64,000 nucleotides of DNA from an uncultured candidate division Zixibacteria bacterium (GTDB lineage: Bacteria; Zixibacteria; MSB-5A5; GN15; PGXB01): contig OY969724.1 in the NCBI GenBank assembly GCA_963702205.1, forward strand, positions 288,001 through 352,000. The letters are read 5' to 3'. The notes below the pieces were generated by a model. The model did not search any database. It had not been told where the DNA came from and saw only the letters and a program-made list of their open reading frames with translations. The stretch's first letter is position 1. Each line of letters opens with the position of its first letter. Positions 30,921 through 40,948 of this stretch are shown here, piece after piece. The translations under genes and the position numbers were made by a program.

Positions 30921-31142
30921 TCAATCAGAAGATAGCCCCATAGGAATCTCCACGGTCCGAGTAATCCTTCCACCCTCCGACTTCTTCTCAATCCACCGAT
31001 CAATGATGAATTTCTTGAACCGGACAAACTTCCCCAGCTTGACATGAGGAATGTACCCCTGATGCGTCCACTGATAGATTGTCGAGGGCTTAACACGCAA
31101 GTATTTGGCAATCTCTTGCGCTGTCAGGAGTCGGTCCGTCAT
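30921..31142 (-). CDS. Excisionase-like HTH_17 DNA-binding protein
   Basis: LLTAQEIAKYLRVKPSTIYQW...IPHVKLGKFVRF....IDRWIE. Confidence 0.9.
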   Translation of the reverse strand: MTDRLLTAQEIAKYLRVKPSTIYQWTHQGYIPHVKLGKFVRFKKFIIDRWIEKKSEGGRITRTVEIPMGLSSD

Positions 31143-31144
31143 GG

Positions 31145-31711
31145 CTATTTATTCTTCCCCCGGCTTTTATTCTGCCGTAATCCCCCATAGCTGCGCCTGA
31201 GTTTACGATCAATGGCAGACCGCTTTTTGGATGATCTGGTACGAAAGAGCAGCTTTTCAAGTGTCGAAATGTTATTACAGTTTCTGAACAGCCAGTACAA
31301 AGCATTCCTGTTTTCCTGCTGGCTTTCATAGCAGAGGTTATGGCATATCCGGCAGGCGAAGATGGATTCACCCGGGGGCAGATACAGAACCCGACAGCGA
31401 CGGTGACAATTGGGACACCGAAACCACCATCGCCTCCAGCCATAATTGCAGGGAGTGGTATCGAGATGGACTACATAATCATAATCTTTTACTTGGCCCG
31501 AGCGCTTGGTTACTGTATATTTCAATCGGATTTTATGATGGATTTCGGAGATTACTTCAATGGTCGATGTTTTACCAAATCCATTTTTCCAGCTGATGAT
31601 TTCAGAACCGGGTAAATCCAAACACAGCTGCTTGGCCAAAAAGGTCATATCCAGCTGTAAGCACTCTTCGACCGTGGTCTTCTTAAACAAAACTCCTCGA
31701 CCAACGCTCAT
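31145..31711 (-). CDS. Hypothetical protein with two CxxC (zinc-ribbon-like) motifs
   Basis: RWWFRCPNC...LY....FACRICHNLCYESQ; sits between the primase and xis. Confidence 0.75.
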   Translation of the reverse strand: MSVGRGVLFKKTTVEECLQLDMTFLAKQLCLDLPGSEIISWKNGFGKTSTIEVISEIHHKIRLKYTVTKRSGQVKDYDYVVHLDTTPCNYGWRRWWFRCPNCHRRCRVLYLPPGESIFACRICHNLCYESQQENRNALYWLFRNCNNISTLEKLLFRTRSSKKRSAIDRKLRRSYGGLRQNKSRGKNK

Positions 31712-31910
31712 TTCCTACCCCCCATATCATTCGAAATCAATAACAAATCGGAAATCCCCGGGACCTCCAAAATCAAGCTTAACCAATTGTTATTGATGCA
31801 TTTAGTATCCGCGACAATCATTTCGGGGATTGCATATTGTCTTCTGGTAGTTTTTGGCGTTTTTTGAGTTAATTCCGGCTTTAAATTATGGCCGGGCACA
31901 CTCCCCCAGA

Positions 31911-32083
31911 CGTTCACAATGTTCACACGTTCACGGCCTATTGTGCCACAACAGGTTATAACGTGAACATTGCCGTGAACATTCACCCCTCTATCTCTAT
32001 CAATGTTCACAGGCTAAGTCCTTGTCTCGCAACATCCGGTGAACGTTGCGCACTTTGTGCACGTTGTGGAGGGTGTGGCGCAT
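31911..32083. repeat. Iteron-like repeat cluster, putative replication origin
   Basis: GTTCAC at 31912, 31921, 31929, 32005; GTGAAC at 31963, 31975, 32039; then degenerate 9-bp units GTGAACGTT/GCGCACTTT/GTGCACGTT/GTGGAGGGT. Confidence 0.65.
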
Positions 32084-34358
32084 CAATGCCGAATTTGGCG
32101 GCAACGGCACTTAGTTTTTCGAAATTCCTATCGCCCCGATCCACATAATACCCATCCCGTCCCTTGGTCGGGTTAAGCTTGAAAGAATTCCGGAGAATGG
32201 AACCGATCTTCTTTGAGGTCAGTTTAAAATTGGGATTGTCCATTTGTTCCTGGGCCTTTTCGGTAATCGTTTTAATCCTGATATTTTCGTCTGCGTTTTC
32301 ATGCCATAATTGGCACACCACCCCCGCCACAATGCCATCAAGAGTCTCGCCACGTTCCTCTATAATTTGCTTATTCCGGTCTTCCATGAACGCGATGAAT
32401 TCCTCTTCGACATTTTCATCACCGATCACACTCAGTAACGGTATCATTATCTGGGCCAGACGGGGCTCAACTGCCAACCCCGGATTGTTGTATCCGGCAT
32501 TGACCTTGCCATATTTATCAAGGCGCCATTTCAAGAGTTTATTTCTTATTGCCTTGGCTTCATCCCAAAACGTATTGGGCAGGTTTATCGGGATATCAGT
32601 CCGGGTAACCTTCTCCATAATCTCTGTAATGCACCGGCTTTCCAGGGCCATATCTTTGAAGTTATTCCGTGAGGCAATTAGTTTGGGGCCGAAAACATCA
32701 AATGACATAGGTTCATATCCGCCTGCTTTGGTTACATCTGATATCAAGACCGGAAAGCCCTTTTGAAATCCCGAATTGAGTATCTTGACCACGCGGTGCG
32801 ACTCATCACTGTCGTTAAAATCGGACTCATCAATGATCATGGTTCCCTTGTAGGCATCTATCAGCCTGAATATGGGTGAAACCGATGCCGCTCCAGTGCA
32901 GAATATGGGCTTATAACACAAAGAACCAACCGTTATCAAAAAGCGGGATTTCCCACAGCCATAATCACCCTTGACCCTCAAATATGGCAGATTGGTGAAG
33001 GAATCATATACCCATGTTAATAGGACATAATATTTGGCAATATTATGAAAAAACGGCGACAGCTGAAGATACCGGTAAATGAAATCATCGATTTCTTCGA
33101 TCAGCAATCCTCCGCTGACATAATCATCGACTTTGGATGGGAATTGAATGGTATTCGATTGAATGATCTTCCCCGGTTTAAAAGGGCATATAATCTTCCC
33201 GGATTGCGGCTCCTGATAGTCTGCCACATACTCAATCCTGCCGTCAGAATATTTGGCAAACATAGTCTCGGGATTAGCGGATGAATTATAGAGCATTTCC
33301 AAAATAGTGCCGTCGGGAAGCGTCCGGAAACTGGTGAAAATAGGCTTGTTTGGCTTAGCAGCCTTAAAAAGCGGGCATTCCTTCTCGCATAGTTCCTTCA
33401 GCAAATGGTCATTGCAGCCATAATCATAATCCTCTGAATATGCCGATTCGACCGTGGTTTCCAGTTCACATTCTCGTAAAGGCGGGCTGTTTTTTTGATT
33501 CCATTCCACCAGCCTGGTCAATGTTTCCTCTTGGGATAATTCTTGCTGTTTGAAATGGGCCGCCAGTCTGATTCCGGCTTCATTGCGCTGCCCTGAATCC
33601 GTTCCTTCAAGGAGTTTTTCGATACAGGGACGTTTAATATCGGGATCACCGCTGTGTTTAGGTTTCCTATTCGTTAATAATGATTGACTGAATTTGTCGA
33701 TGATGCTATTATACATTTGCTCAAGGGATTTTGAGCATAAGGAAGAAGCGCTGGTGTCGGAACCTGGTTCCTTTGGGGCCGATGCCAGCTTTTTTATTGT
33801 CTCTGCGTCATGTTGGGCAAGTTCCTCGATGGTGAGTGGAATCTTATAAAGCCCTGACTTTTTATTGATAGTGTTTGGCATCCGCCAGAGCCGGTTTTTC
33901 TCATAAATGGTCATATCGATTTTGATGTCACGGGTAATCCGCCGGGCCATTTCTTTGAAAACCCTCGGCAGGTCCGGTCGGGGCTGGGCATTGGATGATT
34001 CCGACGGAATGCCGACATGAAAACCCTTATAACCTGAGAAGTATATTAGCGGGACGATTCCGAATTCGGTGTCAATTCTGGTTACCAACTCTATAGCCTG
34101 GCGTCGAGCCTGCTCCAAATCGTTTACATCATCAATATCAAACCAAAGATAATCGGCATAACAGGACATTTGGTTATTGCCCTTTACCGAGCCGGTAATC
34201 TCGATATGCTCCTTGAATTCCTCCTTAAAGCGGAACATCGACATATAGCACTCAATTGGACGGTCCGGCTGGTGGATTTCATCGATCTTCTTAATATGGT
34301 TACGATTCCTGACGTCGCCAAAGGCGGTATCAACGAAGGCGAATTCATCAAAATACAT
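32007..34358 (-). CDS. AEP-type primase-polymerase + PriCT-like domain + P-loop domain (replication protein)
   Basis: WFDIDD (DxD), FSGYKGFHV, RLWRMPNTINKKSG; PriCT-like GQRNEAGIRLA...WNQKNSPPL...E...TVESAY; Walker A GDYGCGKS, Walker B-like MIIDES. Confidence 0.85.
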   Translation of the reverse strand: MYFDEFAFVDTAFGDVRNRNHIKKIDEIHQPDRPIECYMSMFRFKEEFKEHIEITGSVKGNNQMSCYADYLWFDIDDVNDLEQARRQAIELVTRIDTEFGIVPLIYFSGYKGFHVGIPSESSNAQPRPDLPRVFKEMARRITRDIKIDMTIYEKNRLWRMPNTINKKSGLYKIPLTIEELAQHDAETIKKLASAPKEPGSDTSASSLCSKSLEQMYNSIIDKFSQSLLTNRKPKHSGDPDIKRPCIEKLLEGTDSGQRNEAGIRLAAHFKQQELSQEETLTRLVEWNQKNSPPLRECELETTVESAYSEDYDYGCNDHLLKELCEKECPLFKAAKPNKPIFTSFRTLPDGTILEMLYNSSANPETMFAKYSDGRIEYVADYQEPQSGKIICPFKPGKIIQSNTIQFPSKVDDYVSGGLLIEEIDDFIYRYLQLSPFFHNIAKYYVLLTWVYDSFTNLPYLRVKGDYGCGKSRFLITVGSLCYKPIFCTGAASVSPIFRLIDAYKGTMIIDESDFNDSDESHRVVKILNSGFQKGFPVLISDVTKAGGYEPMSFDVFGPKLIASRNNFKDMALESRCITEIMEKVTRTDIPINLPNTFWDEAKAIRNKLLKWRLDKYGKVNAGYNNPGLAVEPRLAQIMIPLLSVIGDENVEEEFIAFMEDRNKQIIEERGETLDGIVAGVVCQLWHENADENIRIKTITEKAQEQMDNPNFKLTSKKIGSILRNSFKLNPTKGRDGYYVDRGDRNFEKLSAVAAKFGIDAPHPPQRAQSAQRSPDVARQGLSL

Positions 34359-34418
34359 TTGATTCCTCTATTGTTTTTCAAAAACAATAGTAAATCGATT
34401 TATGAATTCAAAAGATAG

Positions 34419-34451
34419 ATCCGGGAAAAATCCGAGAAAATAGTGAGAAAT
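34419..34451. promoter_or_regulatory. Three tandem 11-bp direct repeats upstream of the primase operon
   Basis: ATCCGGGAAAA / ATCCGAGAAAA / TAGTGAGAAAT. Confidence 0.5.
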
Positions 34452-34470
34452 TTATGTCGATGGTAATTTT

Positions 34471-35763
34471 TTATTCTAAACTTAATCGCCACATATCCGA
34501 TGCGGTTTCATGGCGTTCAAAAATCATATCAAAGGATTTCTTACGACTTCTAAAAATGCTCTTAAAACTGGATGTCGACAGTTTGACTTTATTCAGTACT
34601 ACCTGCTCCACTAGAAATTCGTTATCATTCATGTAATTTTCGAAAAATATTTCTATGATTGGAGCCTGATTCTTCGTAAAATTGAACTCCCCTTTAGAGC
34701 ATATAATCTCCCTGCCATTGCCAATGAGCCTTGGCGGTTTTTCTGAGTTTTCTAATGCCAGATTATCCTTGACTACAGCGGCCTTATGTTTGCCATAATT
34801 TTGACTCGCCCCTATTTCAGACAACAGTGTATTCAATGCATGCAGCATGGCATTCCCGCGTTTAACGAAGGCCTTTGCTACCCTATATAACGCTTGCTCC
34901 AAAGTGTCATAAGGTTGGACCTCTGGATATGACTTGAAAATGAAACATAGCTCAGCCGGAAGTTTAAAAATGATTGGCTTGTTGTCAGCATTTTCGGGTT
35001 TATTGTGGAGGAAATGTACCGATAGGCCCTCGCCTTCTTCCTTGATATTGTATTCATATGTCAAAGGATTAAGGCTAGCCCATAAGTATGGCAATTGCCC
35101 TAAATAGTCGCAAAATTCATCGTAATTGTATTCCAACTGATTTGCGTATATTTTCGGCTCAGGGGCTGCAACATATTTTCTTGAGTATTCCAAGACTTTT
35201 TCCAATAATGTGATAAGATTGTCAATTAATCTTTCTGCATTATCAGGTATTGACGAACTATATGCTTCGACCTGCATTTGCATATTACTTTCATACGTTT
35301 GCTTTAGAGCCGTCAAATACATCACTATTGTCTCACACATCCAATGGGATGTATCTAAAATATCAACAGGATCTTCAAGTGAATCGATTCGCGACGTATC
35401 AACTGTTTTAAATAACTCATACAAAGCATATGGAATTGCAACAAGTTCACTTTTTTTCGCAATTGGATATTCTGCCCTTGCACGAAATTTGAAGAAATAA
35501 TTATCGTCCAACGAGTCTACTTTTACATCCCACTTGGCTATGTCAAACCCAGACCATTTATGAGGAAAGTATTTTAGCCCAAATAAAAATGCCTTGGCTT
35601 CTTCGCAGCAATTTCGGACAACAATCATAGACATATCATCGATGCTTCCACGGCTAAAGCAATTCTCACACTTGCTCCTGATTTCTTTGGCAGTCTTAAT
35701 GGTGTCATTCGTTAGTTGTAGTGCGTGGTCTGGGATGTTCATATTATTTTTGAAATATTCCAT
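34471..35763 (-). CDS. Hypothetical protein; possible C-terminal winged-helix DNA-binding domain
   Basis: 430-aa AT-rich ORF; C-terminus FNFTKNQAPIIEIF...SFKSIFR...WRL resembles wHTH regulators (weak). Confidence 0.65.
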   Translation of the reverse strand: MEYFKNNMNIPDHALQLTNDTIKTAKEIRSKCENCFSRGSIDDMSMIVVRNCCEEAKAFLFGLKYFPHKWSGFDIAKWDVKVDSLDDNYFFKFRARAEYPIAKKSELVAIPYALYELFKTVDTSRIDSLEDPVDILDTSHWMCETIVMYLTALKQTYESNMQMQVEAYSSSIPDNAERLIDNLITLLEKVLEYSRKYVAAPEPKIYANQLEYNYDEFCDYLGQLPYLWASLNPLTYEYNIKEEGEGLSVHFLHNKPENADNKPIIFKLPAELCFIFKSYPEVQPYDTLEQALYRVAKAFVKRGNAMLHALNTLLSEIGASQNYGKHKAAVVKDNLALENSEKPPRLIGNGREIICSKGEFNFTKNQAPIIEIFFENYMNDNEFLVEQVVLNKVKLSTSSFKSIFRSRKKSFDMIFERHETASDMWRLSLE

Positions 35764-36208
35764 TAGGCTATTCCCAATATACCTATGACATTATTGTCCA
35801 CCCATTGATAAGGTTAAATTATATGGATTTGGCCCTGTTGAGTCAATTCTATAAATATCGGTGGAGAAAGCTAAAATCCTCCTGTGTATAACCCACCCAA
35901 GGGCCCTAATTTGACAATCATGGCCAGGGTTTGGTCTTTTTGCAATTTGGGGCAAATGGCCTCTTGCAAATCCTTGACAAAAATGATTTTTATATTAGTT
36001 TTCAGTATCGGGAGTTGACCAAATTGGTCTTTCAAATATCCCGGAAGGGGAGCGATGACCAGAAACTCAATTTGGGCTCTCATTGGTCTGCAGTTGTTGT
36101 GTATAATTGCGACCATTTCGGCTACCGTTCATTGTGTTTATGCAGTGGCAATAATTTACCATTATTATTAAATTATATATCATATAATATCTGTAAGGTT
36201 GGCATAGA

Positions 36209-37930
36209 GTGTCCTTTAATTTAATATCCATAGCAAAAAAAGGGATTATTTTGGGCAATCCTTTACGTTTTCTTGGCTGCCATAGTGGTATGGATATTGG
36301 AGATATTAAAAGAGCGTATAACGATTTGGTAAGGATTCGCCTAAAACAAACCGACAGTATTTTACTTCCTATCGATCCTTTTGGTAAATATGATACTATT
36401 CGAGTTAATCGAGAAATGGCTGACCAAGCCATAAAGATATTAGACATTCCAGGAAAATTGCTAATAGCTAAGTTGTTTTATCTAAGTGATAATAGTATTG
36501 TAATTCTCAAGGAAAAGAACTTTGGTGCTGACACATTTTCCAAAAACCTGGATTATCTTAAGGGATTTACGAATTTCGACACGCAATATGCAGTAATATT
36601 CGATTTATACGTCGGGTTATTTAAGAACCATTACAAAAATGCTATATCTTATGCTGATATTTACAAGTTTATTAGCAAATTAGTATCATTGATAAAATAT
36701 AGACAGCCGAAGGATCAGAATTCTCCGTATTCGAATCAATCAATCAATGGGGCTGATGATCAAATCTGGGATTTAATAATTTATGATCTAATATTCTGTA
36801 ATTATTATCTATCCCAAAGGGACCTTAATATCGCGATAATTATCCAAAAGGCAATTGAAGACCTTGTTTCAGAAAACTCAAAGGCAATGCTCCTAAACCA
36901 AAATGTTGGACGAATATATAATAATGATTTTCAAGCTATCTTACAAAATGCGCTTAATGATCTTTTGGTAATTATATCGGACTTCAAGAATTACAATACT
37001 AATTCATACTATTCCAATTTATCGAAAAATGTGGGGAAAAGAGTCAAGAACGCAGTATCTCCTGCTCTGCAACTAAAAAAACTATATGGCAATAAATATA
37101 TTGAAATAAAATTAGGTCTTCAAAGCGTTTCTGAGAAAATTAGAGACATATCTATAGACGTAAATAACGAATATGAAGATTATGCAAGTGCACTTGAAAT
37201 ATTAGACATTGCATTATTGCTTGCGTTCGATAGCGACATTAAAAATAAACTGAATAAAGATCGAGAAATAATAAATAACAATTATTTGCGGAAAAAGGCC
37301 GATAATGCTGAATCTCCATCCCCTGTCCCCGAATACATGACTGTGTCCTCCAAATCGGTTCCAGAGAAAAAACAATCTCCGTTATTGAAATTTATATCGG
37401 AAGCATTCTATAATCGACCATTTTTGGCATTTTATACAACTCTTTTTTTAATCGCATTTTTAATTGCAGCATTATCAAGTATTTTTGGCACAAATGACTC
37501 ACAATCCAATCGTAATACAAAAAGTATAAATAACTCGGAAACTCAGATTAATAATAATCGACCCAATAGTCTCGCAGGCGGCAATCAGAATTATATTACA
37601 GAATCAGAACTATATAAGACTATTCAAAACAACAAACAGAAATTGCGCGAAATGGATGGTAAAATAGACGCTATGAATAATAAATTAAAAAAATGGGACA
37701 AAGAGATAACTGCAATCGAAAGTAGGCTTGAAGACTATGCAGCAATAATCAATGCTGGCATTGATTCTTATCAAAAAAACTATGATTCATTATATGCAGT
37801 ATATGAGTCAAGAATAAATCATTATAATCTTACAATCCAATTGGGGAAAGCCCTTTTAAACACATATGAAAATTTAATAGACTCAACAAATCTTTTAATA
37901 GACATTTATAATGAAAGATATACGAAATAA
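36209..37930 (+). CDS. Membrane-anchored protein with degenerate J-domain-like N-terminus and C-terminal coiled coil
   Basis: NPLRFLGCHSGMDIGDIKRAYNDL resembles J-domain helices I-II but lacks HPD; single TM FLAFYTTLFLIAFLIAALSSIFG; heptad-rich C-terminus. Confidence 0.7.
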   Translation: MSFNLISIAKKGIILGNPLRFLGCHSGMDIGDIKRAYNDLVRIRLKQTDSILLPIDPFGKYDTIRVNREMADQAIKILDIPGKLLIAKLFYLSDNSIVILKEKNFGADTFSKNLDYLKGFTNFDTQYAVIFDLYVGLFKNHYKNAISYADIYKFISKLVSLIKYRQPKDQNSPYSNQSINGADDQIWDLIIYDLIFCNYYLSQRDLNIAIIIQKAIEDLVSENSKAMLLNQNVGRIYNNDFQAILQNALNDLLVIISDFKNYNTNSYYSNLSKNVGKRVKNAVSPALQLKKLYGNKYIEIKLGLQSVSEKIRDISIDVNNEYEDYASALEILDIALLLAFDSDIKNKLNKDREIINNNYLRKKADNAESPSPVPEYMTVSSKSVPEKKQSPLLKFISEAFYNRPFLAFYTTLFLIAFLIAALSSIFGTNDSQSNRNTKSINNSETQINNNRPNSLAGGNQNYITESELYKTIQNNKQKLREMDGKIDAMNNKLKKWDKEITAIESRLEDYAAIINAGIDSYQKNYDSLYAVYESRINHYNLTIQLGKALLNTYENLIDSTNLLIDIYNERYTK

Positions 37931-38306
37931 TAATGATACAGAATGTGCTGTCGCTTTAAATTCAATTGTCGATATGGCAATTGATGTCTGGTTAGTCTTA
38001 AAACACTTAAATTACCAACCCGACCATCAGTCGATCCCTTTAAAATTGGCGGTTCCATTGGCCAGAATAGAGCAGTTCTTTAAGGACAGCGATATTGAAT
38101 TGATCGATTTGACTAACCATGAGTATGACCCAGGATATGCAGTTGGGATTGTTTCTTATACTTGCGATCCGAAATCGCTAAAATCCGAAGCGATAATTTC
38201 TGAAATGGTCAGGCCAATAGTTAAATATAAGGGCAAAGTATTTAGGCAAGGTATGGTGATCTTATCTCAAAAACCCAAAAATGCCAATGGGGGAAAGAAT
38301 GATTGA
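37911..38306 (+). CDS. GrpE-like protein (divergent)
   Basis: IELIDLTNHEYDPG...IISEMVRPIVKYKGKVFRQGMVIL matches the GrpE C-terminal beta-domain pattern; overlaps both neighbours. Confidence 0.7.
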   Translation: MKDIRNNNDTECAVALNSIVDMAIDVWLVLKHLNYQPDHQSIPLKLAVPLARIEQFFKDSDIELIDLTNHEYDPGYAVGIVSYTCDPKSLKSEAIISEMVRPIVKYKGKVFRQGMVILSQKPKNANGGKND

Positions 38307-40827
38307 AGTCAATATTGGAATAGACTTGGGGACAACAAATTCATCCATCGTTGGATTTGATGAAAACGATTTTAGGGTTTATAAAAACAGATATCAAATG
38401 GAGGTCACGCCTTCTGCTGTAATGATAGGTAAAAATAACAGACTGATAATAGGGCAAAAGGCATATGAATCTTATTCAATGAACCCTAATGATGTTAAAT
38501 TAGAGTTTAAAAGACTGATGGGGACTAAAGAAAGCGTTTTTTTTGAGACTTCTCAAAAATATATGACACCCGAAGAATTATCTTCTGAGATATTGAAATC
38601 ACTAATATCCGATGCTCAAAAATTCTATGAAAGTCAAATCGTCTATGCCGTGATAACTATTCCAGCAGCATTCAAGGCAATGCAATGTGAATCAACTAAT
38701 AAAGCAGCAAGATTGGCCGGATTATCTGAATGCGCCTTACTTATGGAACCAGTTGCTGCGTCAGTTGGATTTGCCGGGAATTATTTTGATGTAAATAATA
38801 AATGGCTTGTCTATGATTTTGGTGGTGGAACCTTTGATGTTGCAGTCGTATCCCATGAAAACAACATGCTTTCTGTTTTGGAACATAGTGGGAACAATAT
38901 GCTCGGAGGAAAAAATATAGATGATAAAATTATTGATGATATTTTAATCAGTCATCTTCAAGACAATTACAACGTCCCAGACAAATCGCATGACATTAAT
39001 AACTACTTAAATTTGAAACGAAGGCTGAAAAACTTCGCTGAGACACTAAAAATCGAATTAAGCGTCTTGGAGGAAACTAAGGTTGATTTATATGACATTG
39101 GTCGCGATCTTGACGGGAAAGAATACGATTTAAATATTTCCATTAATAGAAAGGAAGTTGAAAAGATCGCCCAACCTTTTATCCAGGAAACAGTCTATTA
39201 CTGCAATGAAGTCATGGAAAATGCCGGTTTAGAAGCAAATGCATTAAGCAAGGTTTTATTAGTTGGCGGCCCTACTCAAATGCCCATTTTAAGGGAAACT
39301 TTGGCAGAGGAATTTGATATTCCTTTAGATTTTTCTATAGACCCCATGACAGCAGTTGCAAAAGGCGCGGCCTTATATTGTTCGACCCTTGAAAGACCCA
39401 CAAAAATGACGCGGAGCCATATTATAAAAGAGGATCACTCGCTTGTTGAACTTACTTTGTCCTATCAAAAAGTAAGTTCTGTCATTGATCCACTAATAAT
39501 TGGTGAAATCTCAAAACAGTCAAATGTTGATAATTATTATGAAGTTTGTTTTGAAGGGTCAGATGGCGTATGGAATAGCAATTGGATTCCTATAACAGAT
39601 GATAAATTTGAGACTAATTTGCAATTAATTAAAGAATCATCAAATCAATTCAATATCACAATGAGGGATAAGTCGGGAAAGAAGATTCAATGTACACCTC
39701 AGGTGATAACTATTAGACACGGGGTCGAATTTGATGATTTTAAGTTGCCGCACACTATAAGCATAAAGGTTAGAGGGGATGACGGCAATGACTTTCTCGA
39801 ACCTATCTTCCCCCGTAATACGACACTACCCCAAAAAAAGGTTAAAACATACGCTGCTACGAAAACATTATTACCGGGATCGAATGATTCAATAGATATT
39901 CTGATGTATGAGGGTGAAATAATAGAGTCCCCGGAAGCTAATGACTTATTATCCAATATATCAATAAAGGGTAATGAAATACAAAGACCAATACCCATAA
40001 ATACGCCAATAAACATAATTTTTAATATTAGTAATTCAAGAATATTAAAGGTGACAGCATATGTTGAGATTCTAAATAAAGAATTTGTCAATCGATATAT
40101 TCCTGACGAGGGCCAATATGACGTGAATACATTATATGCTCGCGCTAATTCACAGCTTGATAGTGCTTACGAAGATATTCTTGATTTATGTGAAAATAAA
40201 GACTCCCTATTAAATGAGACTGAAATTATTGAATTAGATTCCTTAAGAGATCGAGCGGATACCATATTCATTGAGACAAAGGAAATAACAGAAATAGACA
40301 AAAAGGTCGATCCCGATAAAATAAAGAGAGTTCATGCCGATGTTAATAAATTAAATCAGCGTCTCCATAAAATTAAACAAAAGGTTAAATTAAATATTGA
40401 ACAGGATTTGCACTTGCTTGTCGCCAAGTTTGAAGAATCTGCCGATGAGGTTAGGGTACTTTTGGATGCTGATGATAATAGACAATATATTCCCCAATTT
40501 AATAGAGTCTATAATGATGCAAAAATATGTTTTGAGAATGATAATATAATCGGCTTTAGAAAATGCTTTGATGAAATGGATAAAATAAAATGGCAACTTA
40601 GAATGCAGAACGAGCAATTTCTTAAGGGAGCATTTGAATATTTTGAAAGCATACGAGCGATTTTAAAAAATCAGATGGAAGCAGACAGGCTATTTATATC
40701 AGGTCAAGAACACATCAGTGAAGGTGATTATAATAGTCTTCGGAAAGTAATTGATGATCTATATGATCTTTTGCCAGATAAAAGCAGTCAGAATGAAGCG
40801 TACCGGTCGGGAATCAAAAACATATAA
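38299..40827 (+). CDS. Divergent Hsp70/DnaK-family protein with extended C-terminus
   Basis: IGIDLGTTNS, TPSAV, AVITIPAAF, MEPVAA, VYDFGGGTFD, LGGKNID, LVGGPTQMP; extra domain before an SBD-like PIFPRNTTLP...ILMYEGE region. Likely start MIEV at 38299. Confidence 0.92.
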   Translation: MIEVNIGIDLGTTNSSIVGFDENDFRVYKNRYQMEVTPSAVMIGKNNRLIIGQKAYESYSMNPNDVKLEFKRLMGTKESVFFETSQKYMTPEELSSEILKSLISDAQKFYESQIVYAVITIPAAFKAMQCESTNKAARLAGLSECALLMEPVAASVGFAGNYFDVNNKWLVYDFGGGTFDVAVVSHENNMLSVLEHSGNNMLGGKNIDDKIIDDILISHLQDNYNVPDKSHDINNYLNLKRRLKNFAETLKIELSVLEETKVDLYDIGRDLDGKEYDLNISINRKEVEKIAQPFIQETVYYCNEVMENAGLEANALSKVLLVGGPTQMPILRETLAEEFDIPLDFSIDPMTAVAKGAALYCSTLERPTKMTRSHIIKEDHSLVELTLSYQKVSSVIDPLIIGEISKQSNVDNYYEVCFEGSDGVWNSNWIPITDDKFETNLQLIKESSNQFNITMRDKSGKKIQCTPQVITIRHGVEFDDFKLPHTISIKVRGDDGNDFLEPIFPRNTTLPQKKVKTYAATKTLLPGSNDSIDILMYEGEIIESPEANDLLSNISIKGNEIQRPIPINTPINIIFNISNSRILKVTAYVEILNKEFVNRYIPDEGQYDVNTLYARANSQLDSAYEDILDLCENKDSLLNETEIIELDSLRDRADTIFIETKEITEIDKKVDPDKIKRVHADVNKLNQRLHKIKQKVKLNIEQDLHLLVAKFEESADEVRVLLDADDNRQYIPQFNRVYNDAKICFENDNIIGFRKCFDEMDKIKWQLRMQNEQFLKGAFEYFESIRAILKNQMEADRLFISGQEHISEGDYNSLRKVIDDLYDLLPDKSSQNEAYRSGIKNI

Positions 40828-40948
40828 ATGACATTCAGAATAACTTAAAACTGGATACAATGACTGAGGCCGGAATACTTAATGGGATATAAGTGAAGCG
40901 AATTGATAAATATTGATAATAAGAATATTTCCCCAAATAAGAGGAATT

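Noticed and set aside
30836..31111. 92-aa N-terminal extension of the 1577-aa ORF
   Set aside because: It overlaps the excisionase in another frame; the RBS and signal peptide point to a start at 30835.
31708..32010. 100-aa ORF between the primase and the CxxC gene
   Set aside because: Its VNV/NVH pattern is just the translation of the iteron-like repeats; not accepted as a gene, although 4-nt overlaps at both ends mean it cannot be fully excluded.
38299..40827. Housekeeping dnaK
   Set aside because: Longer than DnaK, divergent substrate-binding region, AT-rich and inside a mobile element.
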